Shown in pieces: positions 23,950 through 36,500 of a stretch of DNA of 64,000 nucleotides (position 1 is its first letter; each line of letters opens with the position of its first letter). The stretch lies in NCBI GenBank assembly GCA_013239625.1, contig MU054117.1, forward strand, positions 2,728,011 to 2,792,010, written 5' to 3'. The translations under genes were made by a program, and so were the position numbers. Source of the stretch: Lama guanicoe. Taxonomy: Eukaryota. A model generated the notes under the pieces. That model had not been told where the DNA came from. It did not search any database and worked only from the letters and a program-made list of their open reading frames with translations.

Positions 23950-24265
23950 CCCTCTTCCCCTTCAACCCCGCCTCCCCCGGTATCCCAGGTGGGTTTGCAC
24001 TGTACACTCCCAGGGTTTTCCATTGCTCCGACAAACATACTCACGTATAGGAACGTTAGCAAAACAAAAATGACATAATACAAATTCTGCAAACCCCTTT
24101 TCCCCCTCTTAACCCTGTAACAGAAGGTTTCCAGGTGAATGCACATAAATCTGGTCCAATTTTGTTCAGTGGCGGCAGATAGTCCCCTACCACAGGGACG
24201 GCATGGTGCCTTTAATCATTCTCCTTCAGATGCACTTTCAGATTCTTTCTAGCTTTTGCTTCCAA
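23950..24265 (-). mobile_element. Very old L1 (L1ME-like) fragment
   Basis: Degenerate antisense L1ME 3' motifs (TTTAATCATTCTCC, ATGCACTTTCAGATTCTTTCTAG). Confidence 0.4.
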
Positions 24266-24294
24266 AACCTCTTTCAGGGACTGTTTGTGTCTAA

Positions 24295-24520
24295 CACGGG
24301 GGCTTCAGGAGCAGACAGACCTGGGTTTGTATCTCAGCTTTGCCGTGGACGGTGTGACCTTATGGACATTCCCCAAGCTGTTCTAGCTTCGGTGTTGTCG
24401 GCTGCAAAATGGGGGCAGTGAGCAGCCTGAAGTGATGTGAGGATGTCCCGGGATGGTCCACGTCAAGCGTTTGTAAGCAGGGCCTGACGCATGTGCGCGC
24501 TCGAGAAACCGCACTGCTCA
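24295..24520 (+). mobile_element. MIR SINE
   Basis: GGAGCAGACAGACCTGGGTTTG...GTGTGACCTT...CTGCAAAATGGGG...TGTGAGGAT. Confidence 0.7.
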
Positions 24521-25479
24521 CTGGTAACTGCGGGTTTGGAAGTCTCCCTCTGTCTTGCAGGTTTCTTACTGCTGTAACTTGAAGCTGGGTCTCCACGGGT
24601 GTGGGGCTCTAGGGAGGATGTCACTGGAGGATGTGGGTCCAGCTAATGTCACCTCTTCAGTGCCTGCAGATGAGGACGCAGCCTCCTCTGGGGGCGGGGC
24701 CTGGGGAAGTCCCTGGGGGGCCCCTGAGGAGGTGGGTCTCCTGCCTCTGCTCCGTGAGCCGAAAGCCTCTGAGGCTCCTGGTCACCCCAGGCAGACGTGT
24801 TGTGTTCAGAGAAGCCGGTGGGGTCTTGTGCAAGGTCCCTACCCTGCTTCAGCCCTGGTGCCCAGCACCCTGCACTCTGCCACATGGCAGCTGGGGGGCC
24901 GTGGCCACTGCCACCTCCTGGGTGAGTGACCCAAGTCGCTGGCACTTCTCCTTAGGGGCTCTCACCATCCATCTGGGTTTGTCTCTGTTCTCAGTGGTTG
25001 CAGCTCTCAAGTACCATAAAGCTGGTCTTGAACTGTCAGCCCCCTGTGAACTGAGAACACATGGGTCTGGGTATATCCCCCCTGCATCCTACAAACAGGC
25101 TTCAGGGCAGAACATTCTCCCAGCCACACCTGCGCTCACGGCCCCCTGCATCCCAACCAAGGTGTACACGTGGCTTCTTGTAGATCCTCTTCGTCTAGGG
25201 TCCGGGGGCCAGTGGGCTTGTCCCTGAGCCTTTCCACTGTTCTCTCAAGAGGCTCCAGGGCCATCAGACACGTGGTGACCCAGCAGTCCCTGGGTGGCCA
25301 GGCGGACGGGGGCCGTCTGTCAGCTTGAACAGCCTTATCTGCGCACTCGGAATTTTCTAGGTCAGAGACACAAACAGCAGTCCACACACTGGTTTCAGTC
25401 ACTGGTTCATGGGGAAATGAGAAAACTCAGAACAGAGTGCTGAATTTTCACAATGCCAAGCGTATTCAGTTTAGGACTG

Positions 25480-25950
25480 TTCTTTACCCATGGAGACTGA
25501 GAGATTAACTTTTTTGAAACGAAAACATCCTTTAAAAAATGATGGGTGTTTTTTTTTTTTGACAAATGGAAAATATCAATTTTCAGTGATATTTTAATTT
25601 CTGTGATTTTTCTGTTCAAGAACTTTATCCATATTTCCACTGGGTGTTAATGGTTTTCATACTGATCTGTAAGATAGTCTATATTTTAAAAACATTAATC
25701 TGTAAGGAAAACATCTGCAAAAATATCCCAACTTGTCATATGTCATAATTTTATAAATCATGGTTTTTGATGTATAGTTTACAGTCTATGTTCAATTTAG
25801 ATAATAAAATCAGTGCAAAACAAACAACTCTATTCTACGTTTTATCTCCAATTTATCTAATTTTTCACTTAAACTTCCATAAGTCTTAAATTTACTGGTT
25901 TCTGCCCTATTTGTTTTTATGTCCTTATCTGGACAGATTAAAAAATAGGC
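25480..25950 (-). mobile_element. AT-rich old L1 fragment
   Basis: AT-rich, T-biased; L1ME-like ACATTAATC...ATCTGCAAAAATATCC. Confidence 0.45.
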
Positions 25951-26689
25951 ACTCCTTCATGGAGTCCCAGACTTTCAGAATTTTTATTACCCGTAAAATC
26001 CTAATGCTTGGGATACTGTCCTAGATCTCTCCTGGGTACCGCCGGTCTCCATGGAGCAGGCTCATCAACCTGGTGTCACATCTCAGTTAAGTGTGAGACG
26101 TCACTGACACACCTGGGGGCATTGCCTAGCATCTGTGATTGATTAAAAAAAATCCCAAACGAATATATTTTCTGATAACTTTCTTATCTCTCTAAAAAGT
26201 TAGGTTCACCTTTTCTCAGCTTACATCCAGGGTCTTCCCTGATTGACTTGTTAGCATAAAACCCCACGGTTGGCTCATGGTTACAGTGGTTACAGCGTGC
26301 ATCCTTAGGGATGGCCACCCCCACTTACGCTGTTCAGCAGGTACTAATTCAATGGGTTACAATTTCCGGTTGCAACAGCTACTGTTACCGTCCGACTCAG
26401 AGCGATGCCGTGGGAAACACAGATGAGGGTGACTCTCTGGGACCTAACATGTATCTAATGGTCATAAAAAGCAGTGCTTTCTGTGCCACCTGGATAAACT
26501 CGGTCTCATCCACCCCTTCGCTCTCATGGGTGATACTGCTGCCTTAACTTTGGAGAATTCATTGTTTCCTGTGGGAACTAGGGGGTCTCAAACAGGGCCA
26601 GGAACGGAGAGGGTGGTTGCAGGAGAAGGGCGATTTAGGCGTCATGTAGGGGGGAGACAGCCCTGGGTGTTTGGTCCCGCTGGCTCTTG

Positions 26690-26830
26690 TCCTGACGTCT
26701 GAGAAGTGATGTTTGTGTGACCTGGGCAAGCCATCACTTCTGTGCGCCTCAACTGTCTGCATCTGGATAACAAATAGGTGGGCTGCTCATACAGACCTCT
26801 TAGGTGCTGAATGAAGGTAACAGTCCTTGA
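26690..26830 (+). mobile_element. MIR SINE
   Basis: TGTGTGACCTGGGCAAGCCATCACTTCTGTGCGCCTCA. Confidence 0.7.
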
Positions 26831-28479
26831 GTTGATTCTCATTTTATCTTTAAAGATAATCTATTTGGAAAGTGGTTGGTGCCTATGCCAGGCACTCCCG
26901 CTCCCTGTATGGTACTGAGGGGAGGAGGAGGTTCATTTTGCAAAGGTGTTGGCAGTGACCTCCTTACTGGTTTGGGAGCCATCCACAGACTGCAATGTTT
27001 TGCAGTTTACCCATGCCCCGTTAAAATGTATTATCTGGTGAACCAAACTAACTCCCATAAGATGGATGAGTGACTTAAAGATTCCTGCAAAGAAATGCAT
27101 GGATTAAAGAGAACAGTAATTTTGCAAGGACAAGAAAACAGCAAGAAAAGTAGTAGCATCAGTCCTTCTTCTGCGCCTGGAGCAATCTCTCCATCACTGT
27201 CACTATGAGCTAAAAATAATAAGATCTAATTGCAGGGAGCGTGCCTTCCCCGGGCAAAGTGACCACCTTACCTCCGAGGTCACCCCCTGTTAGTCTTTTT
27301 GCAAATTCTGACTTCTCTGGTCACGCTCTCCGTTCCCTCTAGATCTTTCTTGCGATCCATTCATGATGAGTGAACGTCCTGGTCAGAGGAGAAATCTAGA
27401 GGTCAAATCTCCCTCAGCAGGGAGGGACAGTCATCCAGGTCCCACCAACAGCACAGTTTCCATTCAAGGAGGGAGTCTGGTCAGTTTGGGGCAGGCTGTG
27501 TGGGAACTCTGAGGGCAAGAGGGCACAATGGGGAGAACCCAGGCAGAGCAGCGGTGGGCGGGCCTGCTTCCCAGGCAGGAGCCATGGGGGCCGACGTGGT
27601 GGCCAAAGGTGCATGGAAGCCCCCACACAGGCTCCCGGTGGTGGTCCTGGCTGTGGCCCTGCCTCTGGCCACGGCAGTAAGAGGAGGAGACCATGGGAAG
27701 CACATGCCCTCAGGAACACGGCCACCCGGGGCCCCTGGCTCCCTGGGGGGAGGTCTGGGCATGGGGAGGGGGCTTTGTACTCTAGAAATGCATGGTGGCT
27801 GAAGAGTGGATTTTGAGTAGGGTAGGCAGGATGATTTGGTGCTGCGGGCGGGAGGGCGCCTCTCGCGTGGTGCTGACTTCCCACCACCCCTTTTCTCACC
27901 GGCTCGGAAGTGGACTCGACAGATCCAGGGTGACACCCGTGTGGTCTCCTGCGTCCTCGTTGTCACCACTGCTGAATCCAAACAAAACAAGCACAGAGAG
28001 AGGGAAACACTCACCCTCTGGTGTGGGGCCGTCCAGGCAGCCTGAGATGAGGGGGCAGGACCGAGTTCCCACCGTAACCTTCCCGTTTTATCATTAGTGA
28101 CCAAAATCGGGTAAATTCACTTTGCCGATTTTAAGTTGCTAATACCATGCCGTGTGGACGGCTGCCAGTTACATGAGTGGATGTTCGTGGAGAGGTTAGA
28201 ACAGTGCCCGGCACCATCGGCCATTATTGCAGGAATAATTGTTATTATAGCAACTGCAGTGTTTGAGCCGCTAACTTCTGACAACCCGAACAAACAAACG
28301 CTTCTGCGGCTCCTCGAGGGTGATGGGGCGGTGCCGACGGGTTCAGTTGCCTGTGTGACGTGGGTAAGAGGCTGGGAGGAGGCAAGGTTGCCGCAGCAGC
28401 TGGTACGCACGGCTCTCTCTTCTGGCCCAGCATCTGACGTTGGCGCTTCTGTAGAAGGAGCGCTCGCCAGCCTGGCATC

Positions 28480-29200
28480 CTCCTTTGGCGGTGGCCCCAG
28501 CACACGTGCACCTGCCGCGGGGACGTGTTGGTAAAGGCAGCCGGTAAAGCGGGACCTGCGAGGGTGGGTTTTTCCTGGGGTGGGGCGTGAGGTCCGACGG
28601 CCCCCTCAGGAGAGCCATCTCTGAGCCATCCGCCTCCTGGCCCCCCGTGGGGGGGGCCGTGTGAGTCCACCTGGACTTGGAGACTCGACTGATAAGCCCC
28701 GTATCCTGACCCTGGTGAGGCGCGGGGCGGGCGGGGCCAGGCCCCCCTCTAGGGACGCATGCGCACTCTTCGGGCGCGCTCACCTCCGGGGGGCGCACGC
28801 GCACTCCTCCCCGGGCGCTCTCCCCGCCGCCGGGCTCACCTCCCGGGGCGCACGCGCTGCACGCCTGGGCCTGGGCCCGGGCGCGTTCAAGAAGCCCGGA
28901 GTGAGTGTCCCGCACTGGACCGCTGGCCAGACGGCTGTGAGCAAGGCCTTCAAGGGTGAGATCCTCGCAGTCGGGTCTCCTGAACCGCCTAGTTCGTAAG
29001 TAGCGACTGGCTCGCTCTCCCGCCGCCCGCATCCTCACGCCTTTGCTGTTCGCGCCCCAGTCTGCCCTACAGGTCCCAGCGCGGCAGGCTCCTGGGCCTC
29101 CGCCGCTCCTGGTGGGTCCCTTCTCCTGTTGACAGCGTCACCTCCACCGGCAGATGAATGCGAGTCAGCGCCCCCCGCTCCGCATCCTGACCCCTGCCCA
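28480..29200. promoter_or_regulatory. Orphan CpG-island promoter with GC boxes and three NRF1-like motifs
   Basis: GGGGCGGGCGGGGC (28724-28737); CGCATGCGCA (28756-28765), GCGCACGCGCA (28793-28803), GCGCACGCGC (28848-28857); donor-like sites on both strands. Confidence 0.7.
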
Positions 29201-30169
29201 GGCTCACAGCCTGCTCTTCTGGGGAAAACCCGCCCTTCCTGGTTAGAGCCTGCGCAGGCCCTCCTCCGAGGGGGCTCTGGGAGCCCAGCCCCAGGCTGGG
29301 GACTGGCTAGCCCTCTGTAATTCGGGGGCTCCATCAGACTTGCGTTGGAAACAGAGTGCCAAATGCCCATCAAACAGGCTCCTCTGCAGCCTGGCACTGC
29401 CCGCTGGAAAGGGCAGCCCCCAACCCGCGCCCTGCCCCGGACCCCTGGCAAATGCCGGCGTGCACTTCGGATCCGCTCGGCCTCTGCTGCGGGCTGTTGG
29501 CGGGAACAGACCGGCGGTGACGCTGTTAGAAAACAGTGCTGTTCTCGTTCCGTTTTCTGTTTTATTTTATGTGCAACTAGCAGGGCCTCCTCCCACCCTG
29601 GGGTGCTTTAGTGCGGCACGCTCACCCCGTTTTCCAGAACGGTGTTGATACACGGCTTCTAAAAGTCAACATTCAACCTCCTCCACTGAGCCCTCTGCGG
29701 GGGAAACAGTTCTGTGCGTCTTGGCGTGAACTAGGAGAACGCTTTCCGGAAAAAATGGGATGATTCCTGGGGGGACCGTGCTAACGAGCTGGGCGGGTGA
29801 GGGCCCTCCTCGTCCTTTCTCAGCAGAATCTGCTGACCCACGGTGGGCATTCGGGAAGGTCCTGTGCACCCAAGACAGAAACAGTGTAAAGACAGAGAAG
29901 AGCGTGTGAGGGGGTGAAGCGGAGCGTTTTGTGCTGTTTCTGGGTGAGACATCAGGGCCTCACTTTTGTTTTCCCTGACAGGTACTTGCTATCAGAATAC
30001 CTACATTAGGAACCCACCCTTTCTCTTCTAAAAATAGATATTTTATGTTGTCAGAGCTGTTCTTTCTTGATTTAAAAATATCTTAGTTTTACTCGGGGCA
30101 TTTACATTTATTTTGTTTGGGGGAGGCATGTCTAGTATCCATTTCGTCATCTCTACACCCTTTCTTATC

Positions 30170-30680
30170 TTCTGCAAATCTGCCGCGCTATTTCGTACCT
30201 CTGTGCCCTTGCTGATGCTGTTCCCAGTGCCTGGAACACCACCTTCTCCTGCAGGGCCCCTCCCACTCCCGGTGAACAACCTCCCACTCATCTGTCAAGA
30301 CTCAACTCAGATGTCACTTTCTCTGGGAGCCTTCCCTGTCTCCTTCACCTCCCCTCCCCGCCACCAACCCGGCCCTGAGGCTCCTGCCCACTGATCTCAC
30401 AAACTCCACACACACACTGCCCATCTTTCTTCCTACCCAAACTTTAATGAAAATTACAGCTAATGTGTCTCTCTTCCCTTCTAGACAGTAAGCTTTTTGC
30501 ATCTCAGCCATGGTTGCATCCCTCGAGGTTATCGCAAAGCCCGGCATGTAACCGGTGCCAATGTTGCCCCCACCCCGGCCATGCTCACCCCCCTAGTCTA
30601 GACACTACACGCCCCCGGGCACGCCTGTCTCATGGTGGCCAACATGTGGCGCTGCTCAGCAAATCTGTTTTTGTGATCTC
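30170..30680 (+). mobile_element. L2 fragments
   Basis: ATGCTGTTCCCAGTGCCTGGAACAC, CAAGACTCAACTCAGATGTCAC, CTAGACAGTAAGCT. Confidence 0.65.
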
Positions 30681-30700
30681 TACCCTCGATCACGTGTCTC

Positions 30701-32262
30701 CAGAGTCCTCAGCCTTTTTGATCTCAGAACCCCTTTATAATCCTGAAAATCATTAAGGACACCAAAGAGCTTTTGTTTATGTGGATTATAGCTACTGATG
30801 GCTACTGGATTACAAATTAAAACTGTGCAATTAAAAAATACTTAAATATAACAATAATAAGCCCATTACACGCTCACACAAGCATTTGTGAAACAAGAAA
30901 CTTGTTGGGATCTCATATCAGGGTTTCTCAACCGTGGCACTCTTGAAATCTCGGACCAGATGGTTCTCCGTGACATGGGCGGCTGTCCTGTGCATTGCAG
31001 GATGGTTAGTGGCATCGCTGGCCTCTGCCCACGACACGTGAGGAGTACCTCTTTTCCGTGATGACAGCCAAAAGGGTTCCTCCCGGTGCCTGCTGCAGGG
31101 GGCGGGGAGGACAGCCTCACCCTGGTTGAGAACCTCTGTTTTACGTGTCTGCAGACCTTCTTAACGTCTTGCTGTAGAGAAGACAGCCAGATTCTTACAC
31201 CCGCGCCTGCGTTCAGTAGGTTGTGATGTTGTCTGTGTTGGAGCGTGTGATGAAATTACAGCCTTCCGCAGATACACAGCTGGAAAAGGGAGAAATACCT
31301 TAACCATTTTCAAAATAGCTGTGTGTAGCCTTCTTTGATGCCCCACCAAAACTCGACAGGTGGTGGTTTCTTAAAAGTTAGTTGTAATGTGGAGTCTAAA
31401 AGCACATGAATGAACTTTTCCTACTCTGCTACATTCAAATACATTAGTTTACCTTAAACTTTGGATGGACCTTTGACCCGTGTGAGGTGTCTGTAACATC
31501 CTGTGTTACTTCTTTGGAAAGTGTTTCTGCGGGTCTTTTCAGTGCTGATCCATCTGGCTGTAGGATAGAAAAGAAATTCTGTGGGTTAATATTCCTCTCG
31601 CTAGAAAAGTTTTTAAATGCTGGGAAGCTGGCAAGGTCACCATGACAGATCCAAGTTTTCCAAAATTCTGGTTTCCTCTGTAAAGAACAAATTTTGTCAC
31701 TGGCCGAAAAATAAAATAAAAAATACTCTAGATTGTTCTCCTTGAAGTGGCTTACTGACTTTTGAAAAAATGGCTGCCAAATATCAAAGTCTACATGATC
31801 GGGGTATAAACTGCTCTTTTGAGTAAAAACGAAGCTCCGTGGAAGCGGGGGTTCGGCCTGCGACTCGCCCGCACAAGCGCTTTCCGTCCGGAGGCTACCG
31901 CACCCCAGCGCGCGGCCCCCTCAGCACCACGGGGGATGTTATCAAGTGTCTATCGGGAACTGAGACGCAATGAAATTCATGTTTACTGCTTCACCAACAG
32001 CATTCCTAAGCGAAACTGGCCTTTTTCCTTCTGTAACCCGCCACACCCCTACCCGGGCCCCAGGCCGACCACAGCGCCCAGCTCTGCCTTGACTGGGGCT
32101 GAGGCCCCCGCGATGCCCCCACCACCGACTTCGCACCATCAGCGAAAGCGCCAGCACAGCGGCAAGGGCAGAGGACTCCTTGGATTTCTTATGAAAATAG
32201 TTTTGGCCTTGCTGAACCCTCAAAGTGTTTGGGGACCCTGGGGGCGATCTGGGAACGCATTC
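30701..32262. mobile_element. Charlie1-like hAT DNA transposon, interrupted by MER20
   Basis: CTTTTTGATCTCAGAACCCCTTTA...CCAAAGAGCTTTTGTTTATGTGG and TTATGAAAATAGTTTTG..CCT match the recalled Charlie1 ends. Confidence 0.8.
30919..31138. mobile_element. MER20 hAT MITE
   Basis: 220 bp with visible TIRs CAGGGTTTCTCAACC / GGTTGAGAACCTCTG and internal GGCTGTCCTGTGCATTGCAGGATG. Confidence 0.9.
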
Positions 32263-32429
32263 TAGTCCACGCCAGCCTGGTTTTGCTTTGATGTTGAAGC
32301 AAAACCACAGCCGGCGTCAGTCTTGAGCCCACAGGATGAGCTGTTGGTGTGATGAGCTCGTGAAATGCCAGGGAAGGGCCCTTGGAGGCGGCCTAGTCCT
32401 GCCCCTTTGGGCTGCAGACGGGCACACCT

Positions 32430-32535
32430 GGGCCCAGAGAGGGGAGGTAACTCACCTGCAGCCCCACAGCTGGCTGTGGCAGAAGCAGGTCTAGAGCCCA
32501 GGTCTTCTGAGTCCCAGGCCAGTGCTCTTTCTGCC
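32430..32535 (-). mobile_element. MIR fragment
   Basis: GGCCCAGAGAGGGGAGGTAAC...GTGGCAGA...CCCAGGTCTTCTGAGTCCCAGGCCAGTGCTCTTT. Confidence 0.75.
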
Positions 32536-34944
32536 ACCCTCCGCAGTTCTTAAGCACGGGTCGGGCCTGCAACACGTGTCCACCTGCGAGATGTTTGTGA
32601 CACACGGGGTGACAGTGCCCCATCAGCCTTGCACATGCACGGTCACTTTGTAAGTCTCTTTGCCCCCGGCGGCTTTTGGGAGGCTGCCCGTGTTCTCCGG
32701 GGGCCCGGCTGTCATGCTGCTGACCGGCTACCAGGTGGACGGGGTGCTCAGGCCTGCCTCTGCGTGCTGACACTCAGGCCCCTACAGGCTTGCTTAACCA
32801 AGCGGACCCCGTGGGTTCTCCCGTCCTATAGGTCACATCACAGTATGATTCCTTAAGGTCTCTGCGCTTCCCCCGCACCTTGACTCGCTGAAGAGAAGCC
32901 TCGGGAACGTTTTCGCGGGAGCTGCCTTCACCCCTCTGCCTTGACGTTGCTTATTTCCTTGGTCCCGGTCACCACTTTGCCCGGCTGTGCCTCGTGGCGT
33001 TTCACAAGAAGACTGTGACCGTGTCTCTCCGTCCGGCACTTGGGAAGGAGAGAAGGTGGCTGTGGCTTCCCCCCGTCAGTGATGGGTGGAACCCCGAGTC
33101 AGACCTTCTCATGACGGATGAGATGAGAACCTCTTCCCAGTGACCTGCATTTTTCTTTAAGAAGTTGCCAGGTCTGCTTGGCCACTAGGTAATGGGGGCT
33201 CATTATAAGGCCGCACGGGGACATCGCCAAGGCGGACAGCCGTCTGGCTCTCGGCCACGTGGAGGACTGGACGGTCACGGGGGCCTGGCACCAACTCTCA
33301 CCCGAGTGTGGTCCCTGCCCCCACCTTTACCGTCTCTTTCATCTCCGGTGACCGCTGCCTGCCCCCAGGGAGGCTCCAGCTTCCCTCTTCTCCTGTCAGC
33401 ATCTCTAGTTTTCTCTGGGTCCTTAAGAGGGAGGACACGGCAGGGCTCTGGGGCTGGGTCCCCAACGAGGCCACCATCAAGGCGGCCACAGTTGGCTCAG
33501 GCACTGATTCACGTTCCACATTTGTGGCCAGGGTGGTGGTGTCACAGGGTACAAAGCATGGTGACCTGTGTGTGAGGTGTGGCCTACGGCTGCTCTCTGC
33601 ACTCTGGGCATGTGCTTGAGGAGAGCCCGGGGTGCGAGGGGCGAGAGAGCCATGAGCTGGGGCCAGAGCCACATGGGGCAACGGCCCATCAGTGTTTGGC
33701 AGAGCTGGGGACACTTGCCCATGTTGTGAGGGGTGCTCGTATGAGCCCACCTGAGTCTCTCAGTGGACTCCTTAAAGGTGGGGCTGGAAGGGGTGGTCCG
33801 GTGTGCCAGTGCGGCAACCTCCCCACCCCCAGCTCGGGGAGCTGGATCTCCTGGCCCCTCCCCACCCAGGCTCCAGGGCAGCGGTGGGGGTGGGGGGCGG
33901 GGGTCACTCGCCAAGGCTTCTCCCGCCTGCTTCCCAAGACCTCGTGTGGGGAAGGCAGGAGGCGGCAGGGACCAGACAGAGGCGGGCAGCCCCAGTCCGG
34001 GCCCCGTTCGGAGTCAGAATTACTCATTTCAAGTCTGATGGGAACTGAATCACCCGTCTTGATGAAAGGCTACATCATGTGAAAGCACTTTAGAGGGAGG
34101 GGTGCTGGGGGCTGCAAAGGCGGGGGAACGATCGCAGAGGAAGTTGTTCGTGGCTTGGCGTCCGCGGAGGCGTGGGGCAGTTGGGGGAGCAGGGCCAGTG
34201 CCTCACCGAAACCTGGTGATGGTGATTCACCCAATAATTCGCCAGCTTGTCTTTGGGGCTGGCAGGTTAGGTGGGGAGGCCTGGGGCAGGGGCCTCCCAG
34301 CCTGGGGGTGGGGGCTTAGAGCAGGAGGACGGGGACCCTTGGACGGGACGGGGGAGTGGGCGATCTGGTGGAGAGGTGGGGGTGCTGTGCCCTACTTCCT
34401 AAGTTGCACTGACTCCTCTGCTTTGTGCTCACCGCCCGGAGCAAAGGCAGTGCTGCTGGGTCTGGTGTGGGTGCTCTGTGCACGGCGGGTGGGGGCTGCT
34501 CGGTGGGAAGCTCAGGGTGGCAACCGCACCTGGCAGCCAGGGGCTCCCTCTTCATTCGTGTCTGAACCGCCACCCCCAGCGACAGAGGCAGCTCTCTGGG
34601 CTCTGTGCTTACTGAGGGCGCGCCCCGCCAGTGGCCTCAAGCTTCCACCCTGCTCCTGCTGGCGGAGGGCTGGGGTGAGGCATGGGGCTGAGCTTGCTCA
34701 GCTGAAGATGGCCGGCTCCACCCTAGCCTCTTGATGGCTTTGACAGGCTGCCAGACGGGTGGCGGGCAGGAGGCCAGACTGCATTTCCATTTTGCAGATA
34801 TGAGAACCCAGATGCCCAAGAAGTCAGGTGATATGTCTTTTTCCCCCTCCCTCAACCCCCTGCCCTACTGGGGACAGAGAGCGGGCACAGGGCTGCAGAA
34901 CGCAGGGAAAAGAGCACGGTCCTTGACCACGCAGTCTCGGCTTT

Positions 34945-35050
34945 AACTGTGCTCTTGGCTCTTGCTGTGTGACACAGGGTAAGTTCCTCAACTTCTCTGA
35001 GCCTGCTTCCTCATCTGTAAAATGAGGATAATACACCCAACCTTGCAGGG
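34945..35050 (+). mobile_element. MIR fragment
   Basis: GCTGTGTGAC...AACTTCTCTGAGCCT..TTCCTCATCTGTAAAATGAGGATAATA. Confidence 0.85.
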
Positions 35051-36304
35051 GAAGCGCGAGGGGGAGGCCAGGGGATGTGGGCCAGCTGTTTGGCCCAGCC
35101 CCTGGCCATGAACTAGGTGCTCCGTAAACGTGGCCTGCCTTCCTTCCAAGAGCCACGGGTCCCCACGGCCACGTCAGACTGTGCTAGGGTGGCCGTGCTG
35201 CGGGCCGCCCCCGTGTCTGTGGCCCAGGCTGCAGTGTCTGCCGGGGTGATGGGTCTCTGTCTAACCCGGGGGGAAGGCCGAGTAGATGAAGCATCCTTGA
35301 TAGTTTTCTGGACCACGGACCTCACTGAGAATGAAATGAAAGCTGTGGACCACCCCCGACCTCCTACCACCAAGGGAGAAAAAACCCTAATGTGCAGACA
35401 TCCATCCGCACCATTTTCTGTAGAGCTTCAGGGGCCCCCCAGAATCTGAAGCCACACACGAACTCTCTGACCAGACAGGTGGAGGGCCAAGACACTCGCC
35501 GTGAGGTCTGCATCCTGGGTGACCTGCTGTAGAGCCCACCTGTTCCCTGATTCACAGCCTTTCCTTGTGAAATGGCCGGGATGCTCCTTCTGAATCTCCG
35601 TGGTGGGCTCTAAATAAGAAGTCAAGGATTGTGCCTGGATGGTTGGGAAGGCGACCCGGAGGGAGGGAGGGTCACCGGGTCGCGTCGGCAGGGCCTGGAG
35701 TACAGACAGCAGTGGGGATCAGAGGACGGGGGTTTGAAACACCAGTGGTGGCCACCGTCTCTTCCCTGTTGACTAAGAATTGAACAAGAGAGAAGAAAGG
35801 TTGAACAGAACGCATGGAAACCGTCTAGCAGGGAAAGTAGGTGAACGACAGAACAGAAGCTGCAGGCTCTCTTAACTCAAAGGCTTTTTCTCCGTGCGGC
35901 TCAGAGGCTGGGGGAGCTGGCCTCGCTGACCACACCAGCCGTGGAAACACTAAGGCCAGAGGAACAGCGGCCTGGAGGAATGGGGCCACCCCGGGTCAGA
36001 GAGCACCAAGCCCTCTCTGTCCAGTTTTTCCAGAGGAGGCATCGCACAAGGACGAGATGCTCTTTGGAGTCCGGGCGAGCTCTGCGAGGGCCAGGGCCCA
36101 GAGCCCAGGCCCGCGTGGCCACCCTTCCCGTGGGAGAGTGTAGGCAGACCTCTTTGGCTCCGATGGAGCCCCAGGTTCTGGCTGGCACGGGGGCGCCAGA
36201 CTCAGCCGCAGGCTCTGTGCTGGGGGAGGGCGCGTCCCCGCCGTACTGAGCACGCCCACCGCTGAGCCCACAGCCGCCTTGACCTTGAGTTCATCCTTGC
36301 TGCA

Positions 36305-36500
36305 TCAGTATTTTTTTTCAAAAATGTGATTTCAAAATCACCCATAGTAGAAAATTTGGAGAATATAGAGCACCAAGAAGGGAAAAAATAAGAGAGAAAA
36401 CCAGTACAGAAAAGAGGAAACTGAAAATCACCTGCAGCCCCACCGCCCGGACTTGAGCGCTGGTGACCTGGGCTTGGAGCTTTCCGGTTGCTCTTTCCCC
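36305..36500 (-). mobile_element. Very old L1 (L1ME4-like) terminal fragment
   Basis: GTAGAAAATTTGGAGAATATAG...AAAATCACCTG..CCCACC. Confidence 0.45.

Noticed and set aside
28639..28658. GC hairpin (also the C8G8 run at ~52166-52181)
   Set aside because: Homopolymer-based stems are expected at this GC content; no terminator or miRNA context.
28661..28999. Coding first exon at the second promoter
   Set aside because: Non-ATG start, low complexity and no downstream coding exons recognised.
30028..30037. Isolated MEF2 motif CTAAAAATAG and scattered AP-1/YY1 motifs
   Set aside because: Single short motifs without clustering; the same MEF2 string also occurs inside L1 copies.
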